DNA of 48,844 nt from Acholeplasmataceae bacterium (GTDB lineage Bacteria; Bacillota_I; Bacilli_A; Acholeplasmatales; Acholeplasmataceae): NCBI GenBank assembly GCA_034007485.1, contig JAVEQT010000004.1, positions 1 to 48,844 on the forward strand. Reading direction: 5' to 3'. Below are positions 1-9,323 of the stretch, in pieces. The position numbers and the translations under genes are program-made. The stretch's first letter is position 1. Each line of letters opens with the position of its first letter. The notes beneath the pieces are model-generated. The model searched no databases, had not been told where the DNA came from, and worked only from the letters and a program-made list of their open reading frames with translations.

Positions 1-125
1 CGGACAACCTATATCACATGTTCATCTCACGAGGTGCTCATACGACACATCATTGGTTAAATAGTGGCCATCAACTGACAGAAAACGATATCAAATTAGC
101 ATATAACTGGTACCATCAAATATAA
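1..125 (+). CDS. 3' end of an alpha/beta hydrolase (phospholipase/carboxylesterase-like), truncated by the window edge
   Basis: Frame from nt 3 reads DNLYHMFISRGAHTTHHWLNSGHQLTENDIKLAYNWYHQI*; the GHQLT..W C-terminal catalytic-His motif is typical of small carboxylesterases. Confidence 0.6.
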   Translation, partial: DNLYHMFISRGAHTTHHWLNSGHQLTENDIKLAYNWYHQI

Positions 126-178
126 AAAAAATAAATAAATAGTCATTTCTATGCTATGATTAACTTGAGGTGTTAATC

Positions 179-496
179 ATGTTTGAAATAACAGAAAAAG
201 ATTTTAAAGCATTTGTGGAGACATATGTTGAAAATGTGTATCCCTTAAAACTTAAAGGAATTCCAGCAAAAGAAAAAAGAAAATATATCATTTTATGTAT
301 CGTTATCCACTATTTTGAGTTGAATAAAATATACCATGAAAAAGAAGTTAATGCCATTTTAGAACCAATGATGAATGATCATGTGATGATCAGAAGATAT
401 TTAATTGATTATGGGTTCATGGATCGTACAGATGATGGTAAATCTTATTGGTTAGTTAAAGATCCAAAAGATTTTCAAACCTTTAAACTCTCATAA
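179..496 (+). CDS. DUF2087 domain protein
   Basis: KEKRK..IL, YHEKEVN and DHVMIRRYLIDYGFMDR..DG..YW motifs; RBS GAGGTG at 167-172 favours the ATG at 179. Confidence 0.8.
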   Translation: MFEITEKDFKAFVETYVENVYPLKLKGIPAKEKRKYIILCIVIHYFELNKIYHEKEVNAILEPMMNDHVMIRRYLIDYGFMDRTDDGKSYWLVKDPKDFQTFKLS

Positions 497-497
497 C

Positions 498-528
498 AAA
501 AAAATCGAGAAAGTTATCTCGATTTTTT
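498..528. terminator. Bidirectional intrinsic terminator
   Basis: AAAAAATCGAGA-loop-TCTCGATTTTTT between convergent genes. Confidence 0.75.
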
Positions 529-1590
529 CTTTAAAGGGGTTAGTCCTTGTATGAAATTTTTAATGCGTAATCTTTTAACACGATTAACATCAGCGAGCCA
601 TGTTACTGTATCTTTTAAAGTTTCATAGATTGGACGCACGACATAATTTAACTCTTTTCCAGCTTTCTCATAACTAAAATGGGAATTACTTGAAAGTGTG
701 TATAATGAATATTTTGAGTAAATGGGAGGTAATCCTCTTAAGCGATAATAAACTTCAGCAAGAGGTGCTGATAGTTTAGCAAACCATCTCGGTAAAACAT
801 GAATTTTTCTCTTTCTACCTGAGAAATCTTTTAACTTATCAAAGAGCTCGTTTAACGTAATATGTGTACCGGATAAAATGTAACAAGAACCAATATGCCC
901 AATTTCTGCTGCACTGATTATGCCTTTTGCCACATCTCTTACATCAACAAAGTCATATGCTCCTTCAACACGTGATGTTAAAAAGCCATTTAAGTAATCT
1001 TCAATCATCATCGTCATATGTCCGTGTCCGATATCATCGGGACCGATAATGCCTGAGGGATGACAAATAATTGCAGGGAATCCTTCTTTGATTTTTTCCA
1101 TGATAAATTCAGATGCTTTTGCTTTTGATTGTGCATAGGAACCCATAACTTCTTGATAAGGGAAATGATTGACTTCACGAATGATCGAACCATGTTGTAA
1201 CTCTGGTATAGCATGTACAGAAGATACATGAATAAAACGACCAACCTTCTGTTTGATTGACTCAGTGACGACATTCATTGTGCCATAAACATTCACAGCT
1301 TCGATTTTTGTGTTTTTCTTTTGTGAAATAGATACAATGCCTGCAGTATGTATAACGATGACATCTTTACTTTTAAAAGGTGTATCACTAATTTGAAAAA
1401 ATGGTATAAGTGATGCAGGCTTAGTTACGTCACCTTCATAAAGCTCAACACCTAATTCTTGAAGTCTTTTGGCATTATCTTTGGGTAGAATAAGACCTCT
1501 CACATGTTTGGCTTGTTTGCGTAACATGGCTGCAATGGTATAACCTAAATGACCATTGGCACCAGTGACTAAGTATAACTTGTCCATCAT
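514..1590 (-). CDS. NAD-dependent epimerase/dehydratase (dihydroflavonol reductase-like extended SDR)
   Basis: VTGANGHLG Rossmann motif, HVSSV, YAQSK catalytic YxxxK, FVDVRDVA. Confidence 0.88.
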   Translation of the reverse strand: MMDKLYLVTGANGHLGYTIAAMLRKQAKHVRGLILPKDNAKRLQELGVELYEGDVTKPASLIPFFQISDTPFKSKDVIVIHTAGIVSISQKKNTKIEAVNVYGTMNVVTESIKQKVGRFIHVSSVHAIPELQHGSIIREVNHFPYQEVMGSYAQSKAKASEFIMEKIKEGFPAIICHPSGIIGPDDIGHGHMTMMIEDYLNGFLTSRVEGAYDFVDVRDVAKGIISAAEIGHIGSCYILSGTHITLNELFDKLKDFSGRKRKIHVLPRWFAKLSAPLAEVYYRLRGLPPIYSKYSLYTLSSNSHFSYEKAGKELNYVVRPIYETLKDTVTWLADVNRVKRLRIKNFIQGLTPLKKKSR

Positions 1591-1672
1591 ATCACTTCCT
1601 TCACCTTAAACATAATACGAATTGATGATAAAGGCAAGCATTTGGATACTTAAATGATAATCGTGTGATTGT

Positions 1673-2293
1673 TCACACAGTCGTGTTTTCGCAAATGGTC
1701 TGAATTATGATTTCAAGTGCTTGCGTGATGACCCTTTGATCAAGACTAAACAAATCAGGCTTGTTTAGCACTTGGTTGGTCTCATAAGGAACATGGATAA
1801 ATCCTGCTATAACGTTTTTGTTCTTTTGCTGATATAGCTCATGCATCACACTATAAAAAATGTGATTACATACATATGTACCCGCAGAATTTGAAATATG
1901 ACAAGGGATATTTGCTTTTTTTAATGAGGTAAGTAAACTTTTTATGGGTAAAGTGGAAAAGTAAGCATGGGGTCCAAAAATTGAGATGGGGTCATCTATA
2001 GGTGTAACTCCTTTATTATCAGGTGTCATTGAATCATCAATATTTATTGCTACTCTTTCAATTGAGATTTCTTTTCTTCCTCCAGCTTGACCAACCATCA
2101 CAACCACATCAGGCTTTAAATCATGAATTTTATCTATAATGATACGTGATGAATCATAGAAAGCTACAGGAAGTTCTAACATATGAATATCACACAAAAG
2201 ATGATGTGTATCCATCTTTTTAATCGCTTCATACGAAGGATTAATAGCTTCGCCACCAAAAGGCTCAAAACCTGTAATTAAAATACGTTTCAT
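1673..2293 (-). CDS. pcp: Pyroglutamyl-peptidase I (peptidase C15)
   Basis: ILITGFEPFGGEAINPS, ERVAIN, SAGTYVCN (catalytic Cys), GFIHVP (catalytic His). Confidence 0.96.
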   Translation of the reverse strand: MKRILITGFEPFGGEAINPSYEAIKKMDTHHLLCDIHMLELPVAFYDSSRIIIDKIHDLKPDVVVMVGQAGGRKEISIERVAINIDDSMTPDNKGVTPIDDPISIFGPHAYFSTLPIKSLLTSLKKANIPCHISNSAGTYVCNHIFYSVMHELYQQKNKNVIAGFIHVPYETNQVLNKPDLFSLDQRVITQALEIIIQTICENTTV

Positions 2294-2410
2294 GTTACCA
2301 CCTCAACTCTATTGTAGCATATTAAAACAGCAACACGTTTTTTAGTTTTCTTGTAGAAAACATGTTTTTCATATATAATAGAACTAATCAAAACGTTAGG
2401 ATAAGGACGC

Positions 2411-2941
2411 ATGGCAAAGATTGAACAACTATCTGAATTAGAGTATCGAGATTTTAAACTGGACTATGAATATGTGACAAAAGCATATTATTATGTCGCT
2501 GTGAAAAAGAAAAAAGATGTTAAAATCATCATCAAAAAAAAGAAGTTGATGCGTAAACTCGAAAAGAAATTTACGGATTTTTTGTTTCAAAAATACATTG
2601 AACAACCTCAAGTCTATGGTATTTTTGATCGGAAAAAACTCGTTGCAGTTATTGAAGGATCGATTGAAACATGGAATAATAGGTATCGTATTTGGAATTT
2701 TTTAGTGGACAAAAAGTATCGAAGAAATGGATATGGTAAACAACTTTTTCAGCATATAATTGAAGTTGCAAAAGAACAAAAAGCAAGAGCATTAGTACTT
2801 GAGTGTCAAAGTTGTAACGCTCCAGCAATATCATTTTACTTAGATCGAGGTATGCATTTTATCGGGCTTGATACCATGTCATATACGAATAATGACATTG
2901 ATAATAAAGAAGTTCGATTAGAGATGGGTATGCGTTTGTAA
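2411..2941 (+). CDS. GNAT family N-acetyltransferase
   Basis: Acetyl-CoA motif A VDKKYRRNGYGKQL; N.PAISFY motif B. Confidence 0.88.
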   Translation: MAKIEQLSELEYRDFKLDYEYVTKAYYYVAVKKKKDVKIIIKKKKLMRKLEKKFTDFLFQKYIEQPQVYGIFDRKKLVAVIEGSIETWNNRYRIWNFLVDKKYRRNGYGKQLFQHIIEVAKEQKARALVLECQSCNAPAISFYLDRGMHFIGLDTMSYTNNDIDNKEVRLEMGMRL

Positions 2942-3015
2942 TGCATGTTTTTGTTCATGTCACAAATGTGTTAAATATCGCATTATAAGGCGATTTAAAA
3001 TAATTTATAAAAATA

Positions 3016-3045
3016 AAAAACGACAGGCTATTTGCTGTCGTTTTT
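3016..3045. terminator. Bidirectional terminator overlapping the 3' end of the regulator gene
   Basis: AAAAACGACAG-N8-CTGTCGTTTTT. Confidence 0.7.
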
Positions 3046-3963
3046 ATGCTTTAGACGATAGTGTTCTATAACAAACTCTGGGAAGTTTATATTGAAATCT
3101 CGGTTAATCATTTGTGTGAATTTTTCAATTTTTTTCTCATTGTCATCGAGGTGTAGAGCAACAAAACATTTCATTAGCATGCTCTCATAATTCGCAATAT
3201 CACCGATACGATAATAAGCTAGTGCGGCATAGTAATAAAAATACTCGAGAAGGTAGAAATTCATTAGACTCATCCCGTGCTTAATACCGAGCTTACAGTA
3301 ATTGATGACATCGCTATAAGATTTATTACTACCAGAATATTTTGCTAATCGGAAAATGATGATTTGGTATGCATAATTGACAGATGAACCAAGTACAATC
3401 GAGGAATCATTTAAAATTTCTTTAAGTCGCGATGAAATCATTTCTTTATCAGCTGCAACTGGATCAAGGTCAAGCAAGGATGTCAGAATAAACATCTCTG
3501 TCAAAGTGAAAATACTTTGTTTGCTGATTTTATTGAATCCTATCAGTTTTTTTGTTAGGTCAGCAGCAACCTCAACTGTCATACGTTGATTCATGAAATC
3601 GTATAATGTGACGCTATGTTGGTATACCAAACGATTTTCATTATCGATGAATGCACGATGATCTAAGACTTTTCTCAACCTTTCAACTTCCAAATGATTG
3701 TTGTAAACTACTGCGTTATAAAACGTATCAACTTCCTTAGATTCATCCGTTCGTGCAGTTTCAAGTTCTCGTATGAGGTTTATCGTCTGAACACCAAGTC
3801 TTTCACATAACTTATCGATGATTTGAAAAGGAATGTCAGACTCTCCACTTAAGTATCTTCGGTATTGTCTAAGCGAGGTGATACCAAGAGTAAAAGACTC
3901 TTGGGAGATGTTTCTAGCAGCTCTAAGTCGTTCTAAATAGTTAGTTAACTCTTTTGATTTCAC
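3028..3963 (-). CDS. Rgg/PlcR-like (RRNPP-type) transcriptional regulator: XRE HTH plus helical TPR-like peptide-binding domain
   Basis: N-terminal LERLRAARNISQESFTLGITSLRQYRRYLSGESDIPFQIIDKLCERLGV is an XRE HTH with the Rgg-like GESDI motif; C-terminal helical repeats YSDVINYCKLGI...FYYYAALAYYRIGD; 311 aa; GTG start with GAGGTG RBS. Confidence 0.8.
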   Translation of the reverse strand: MKSKELTNYLERLRAARNISQESFTLGITSLRQYRRYLSGESDIPFQIIDKLCERLGVQTINLIRELETARTDESKEVDTFYNAVVYNNHLEVERLRKVLDHRAFIDNENRLVYQHSVTLYDFMNQRMTVEVAADLTKKLIGFNKISKQSIFTLTEMFILTSLLDLDPVAADKEMISSRLKEILNDSSIVLGSSVNYAYQIIIFRLAKYSGSNKSYSDVINYCKLGIKHGMSLMNFYLLEYFYYYAALAYYRIGDIANYESMLMKCFVALHLDDNEKKIEKFTQMINRDFNINFPEFVIEHYRLKHKNDSK

Positions 3964-3988
3964 ATTTTCACCTCATTTTCATAGTTGT

Positions 3989-4047
3989 ATTGTACGAATA
4001 GGGCGTATACGCCCTGTTTTTTTATCCTAATTGATAATACAATTAGG
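3989..4047. promoter_or_regulatory. Divergent promoter region with palindromic operator candidates
   Basis: TACAAT on the - strand at 3989-3994; perfect palindrome AGGGCGTATACGCCCT at 4000-4015; inverted repeat CCTAATTG-N6-CAATTAGG at 4026-4047 enclosing GATAAT (4033-4038). Confidence 0.6.
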
Positions 4048-4066
4048 TAAAAGGGAGGCATTAGCC

Positions 4067-4483
4067 ATGAGAAAATTATTTGTTTTAGTTTCAGTAGTTC
4101 TTGTCGCAGTTATTACGTTTGTTGGTTTAAATTCATTTGTTGGCAATTCAATAGACAGTTTAGCTTTAGATTTTGACGATTCAGGATTCCCACCACTCGT
4201 AAGAGTTGATTTTGATGATTCAGGATTTCCACCACTCGTGAGAGTTGACTTTGATGATTCAGGATTTCCACCACTCGTGAGAGTTGACTTTGATGATTCA
4301 GGATTTCCACCACTCGTAAGAGTTGATTTTGATGATTCAGGATTTCCACCACTCGTAAGAGTTGATTTTGATGATTCAGGATTTCCACCACTCGTAAGAG
4401 TTGATTTTGATGATTCAGGATTTCCACCACTCGTAAGAGTTGATTTTGACGATTCAGGATTCCCACCACTTGTGAGAGTTTAA
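4067..4483 (+). CDS. Secreted multi-repeat peptide precursor (34-aa leader + 8 x DFDDSGFPPLVRV); putative signalling pro-peptide
   Basis: RBS GGGAGG at 4053-4058 and ATG at 4067; leader has MRK n-region, hydrophobic h-region and S-L-A c-region; eight identical 13-aa units then TAA; only synonymous variation between units. Confidence 0.85.
   Translation: MRKLFVLVSVVLVAVITFVGLNSFVGNSIDSLALDFDDSGFPPLVRVDFDDSGFPPLVRVDFDDSGFPPLVRVDFDDSGFPPLVRVDFDDSGFPPLVRVDFDDSGFPPLVRVDFDDSGFPPLVRVDFDDSGFPPLVRV
4169..4480 (+). repeat. Coding tandem repeat, 8 x 39 bp
   Basis: Consensus GAYTTTGAYGATTCAGGATTYCCACCACTYGTRAGAGTT; units start at 4169, 4208, 4247, 4286, 4325, 4364, 4403, 4442; no spacers. Confidence 0.97.
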
Positions 4484-4756
4484 TTTTTATAATTGAAAAT
4501 ACAGCACAATTATAACATAGAAAACTGTACACAAAACAACATGCATGAAAAAATATTTCACAAATGTTTCTTTCAATGTTGTTACAGGTTAATTTGCAAA
4601 TTAACCAATAACTTAAGAAAATAATTCCCTGTTAGTAAAGTAATTTTAGCCTTAATACACGTAGTATAGGTTAAACAGGGATCAACTGATAGATCGCGTT
4701 GAATCATGTGAGGTCATTTAGACATAGCTATTTTACTTGGAAGGATATGATTATCT

Positions 4757-5176
4757 ATGAAGAACATCGTAAAATTTTCTTTTTTCACCGGGTTATTCTT
4801 AACCATTTATCTTAAAGGCGCAGATTGGATTGAATACATCATACCTCAACAAGATGCAAACACAAATACATCATTGCTCTTTCAGTATGGAGGAATGATT
4901 GGATTTAGTTTGTTCATCATTTTCATTGTGATGTTACAATCTGATGGCATACAAAAAATTAAAGCATGTAAACCTAAGTTATCACAATGGATTTACATTT
5001 TGTATGTCACATTAGGCCTTACCTTTATAGGGTTTACTTTAGTAACATTTAAACTTCAAATTGCAATTATCATGGCTCTCCTTTTCATGCTGGTTACAGC
5101 TATTCTCGATATGATTCGCGACAAGATCATTCAAGAATCAGATGGCAATCCTTTGCATGCAAAAAAAATCATGTAG
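4757..5176 (+). CDS. Hypothetical membrane protein (about 4 TM)
   Basis: Four hydrophobic segments; RBS AAGGA upstream. Confidence 0.7.
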   Translation: MKNIVKFSFFTGLFLTIYLKGADWIEYIIPQQDANTNTSLLFQYGGMIGFSLFIIFIVMLQSDGIQKIKACKPKLSQWIYILYVTLGLTFIGFTLVTFKLQIAIIMALLFMLVTAILDMIRDKIIQESDGNPLHAKKIM

Positions 5177-5265
5177 TTAATCCCCCCTTTTTTAAACAAA
5201 TCCAATCATCTCTTTTGTAAAAAACCTCCTTTGTGTGTATCATAAAGGTGAGAGGAGCTGTTACC

Positions 5266-5808
5266 ATGTCAGTAAAAAATATCATTAAGAATCGAGTGAG
5301 TACAAAAAAATACACTAATGAATGGGTAAATCCCAAAAAACTAATTGAACTTTTGAATATAGCAGTTTATGCACCTAACCATAAAATGAGACAACCTTGG
5401 CGTTTTATCATTCTTGAAGGATCCGGGAAAGACAAGTTTCTTAACAACTATTTAGCATTATTCAAGGAAAATGTCCGTGATGAACAACAAAATTTATTAT
5501 CAAAAGTTATGGAGGCACCCGCAATTGTTGCCGTATTAATGGAAAAAAATCCATCTTTATCAGATGAACTAGAGGATTTACAAGCCTGTGCTGCTTTAAT
5601 TCAGAACTTTTTGTTATTACTCGAAGAAGAAAAAATGGCAAGTCATTGGAAGACACCTAAGTATATTGAAACTGATAAGTTCAAAGATGCTTTGGGAGTC
5701 AAATGTAATGAGCTTGTTGTTGGATTAGTTATGGTCGGATACCCCCTTGTTAAAGCTGAACCAAAGATTAGAAAAACAGCTGAGTCTATAACAACTATTT
5801 ACTCGTAA
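5266..5808 (+). CDS. Nitroreductase family protein
   Basis: IKNRVSTKKY, APNHKMRQPWRF, IQNFLL; RBS GAGGAG favours the ATG at 5266. Confidence 0.9.
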   Translation: MSVKNIIKNRVSTKKYTNEWVNPKKLIELLNIAVYAPNHKMRQPWRFIILEGSGKDKFLNNYLALFKENVRDEQQNLLSKVMEAPAIVAVLMEKNPSLSDELEDLQACAALIQNFLLLLEEEKMASHWKTPKYIETDKFKDALGVKCNELVVGLVMVGYPLVKAEPKIRKTAESITTIYS

Positions 5809-5812
5809 AAAA

Positions 5813-5831
5813 AGGACACCATGAGTGTCCT
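5813..5831. terminator. Terminator hairpin between convergent genes
   Basis: AGGACAC-CATGA-GTGTCCT preceded by an A-run. Confidence 0.65.
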
Positions 5832-6153
5832 ATAATTCTACATAAACCTTTCCTTCCTTAATTTCAACGGGGAAGGTTTTTAATTTTTTTGTTGGCATTT
5901 TAATGAAACCCACATGTGCTTTTTCGATGACATCACCAGTTTTTACATCAAATTTAGCATGGTGTGCATGACACTGAATGCGTTCATCATCTAATTTTCC
6001 TTTTGAAAGTGATGCACCAAGATGGGTACATTTGTCTTGAATTGCATAAATCTTATCAGCGAGTAATGTGACCATGACAGGTGTCTTATCAATGACCACA
6101 CGTTTTTTGAAATCTTTCTCAAATTCTTCGAAAAGTCCAACATAATGTAACAT
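5830..6153 (-). CDS. Rieske [2Fe-2S] ferredoxin
   Basis: CTH...CHAH Rieske ligands, FDVKTG. Confidence 0.9.
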   Translation of the reverse strand: MLHYVGLFEEFEKDFKKRVVIDKTPVMVTLLADKIYAIQDKCTHLGASLSKGKLDDERIQCHAHHAKFDVKTGDVIEKAHVGFIKMPTKKLKTFPVEIKEGKVYVEL

Positions 6154-6206
6154 GATAATACCTCCTTTATAGCCCTATTATATATTGATTCGTGCAATTT
6201 GTCTTA

Positions 6207-8063
<1,857 letters not shown>

Positions 8064-8067
<4 letters not shown>

Positions 8068-9323
8068 AGTGCTTCCTCCAGTATCACAGTAATTGGATCA
8101 AATGAGATAAAATCATCGGGTTGTAAAATGATATTCTCCATTTCAGCAGGAGCGATATATTTGGCTTTTTTTGTCATAATCACTTGATTATTTTGATAAA
8201 CCTTAAAGGTACCAGCGATCATTTTTTCTGTTGTTCGAAATGATAGTGTTACAGGTTCATTGAGATGACTATAATCAATCAGTTGTGGAACCACATAACG
8301 AATCTTAGCACCTGGATTAACTTTAAGATGTTCGCGACTTTGTTTTTCATCACTTAATATATAAGCTTTCGCGTATTTCCCAGCTTTTTCACCCTCTTCA
8401 CTCACCCAATCGACGAGATCATGAACATGAAGTGCATTTCCACAGATAAACAATCCATCAACACTCGACATGAGATGTTGATTAACTATAGCGCTTTTTG
8501 TTATATCGCTTTTTTCCATCTTAAGTGAATCAAATAAAGTAACATCAGGTATGAGGCCTATTGAGAGAAGGAGTGTATCAACTTCAAATTCTCTCTCTGT
8601 TCCTTCGATGGGTTCAAAGCGTTCATTTACTTTTTGAATGGTAATCTTTTCTAATACATCTTTTCCTTTAATATCAGTAATGGTATGTGATAGAAAAAGA
8701 GGAATATCAAAATCATCTAGACATTGAACAATATTGCGTGTTAAACCATTCGAATAAGGCATAATTTCTGCAACACCTAAAACCTTTGCGCCTTCAAGTG
8801 TCATACGACGTGCCATAATGAGTCCGATATCACCACTACCTAAAATAAAAATATTTTTACCGACTAAATAACCATCCATATTCAAATAACGCTGTGCACT
8901 TCCTGCAGGCATTATGCCTTTAGGACGTTCACCAGGTATTTGGATTGCACCACGTGTTCGTTCATAACATCCAGATGCAATGATAACGGATCGACTTGTA
9001 ATATGTTGATAACCATCTTTTTCACTGGTTACTGTAAGCATAAAATCATCAGGTTTTGTGATGTCAATCACTGTCGTTCCCAAAAGGACTTCAATGTTCT
9101 TATGCTGGAGTTCGTCAATATAACGCATCGCATATTCTGGACCTGTAAGCTCCTCTTTAAACATATGAAGACCAAACCCATTATGAATACACTGATTAAG
9201 AATTCCACCAAGAATAAGTTCACGTTCGATAATTAAGATATTAAGATTTGCATCACTTGCTGCAAGGGCTGCTGATAATCCAGCTGCACCTCCACCAATA
9301 ATGACAAGGTCAGTTTTTATCAT
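8064..9323 (-). CDS. FAD/NAD(P)-dependent oxidoreductase (pyridine nucleotide-disulfide family), partner subunit of the glycerol-3-phosphate dehydrogenase
   Basis: IIGGGAAG, GGILNQCIHNGFG, ELTGPEY, ILGSGDIGLIMARR; start trimmed to MIKTDL. Confidence 0.88.

Noticed and set aside
4031-4066. TTG start extending the precursor to 150 aa
   Set aside because: The strong RBS GGGAGG lies inside this extension, 8 nt before the ATG at 4067, which gives a canonical signal peptide
4169-4480. CRISPR array interpretation of the 39-bp repeats
   Set aside because: Units are directly adjacent with no unique spacers, the unit length is a multiple of 3, variation is synonymous only, and there are no cas genes in the window
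4113-4532. Minus-strand repeat ORF (RVVEILNHQNQLL)n
   Set aside because: Shadow of the + strand gene: unit variants are non-synonymous in this frame (NQLL/SQLS, E/G, H/R) and it has no RBS
4541-4624. 27-aa Cys-rich ORF MHEKIFHKCFFQCCYRLICKLTNNLRK
   Set aside because: No RBS, and it coincides with inverted repeats that explain its composition; unsupported without ribosome profiling
5266-6153. Nitroreductase and Rieske ferredoxin as RiPP tailoring enzymes for the repeat peptide
   Set aside because: They are convergent with separate expression signals, look like ordinary stand-alone family members, and there is no cyclodehydratase or recognition element
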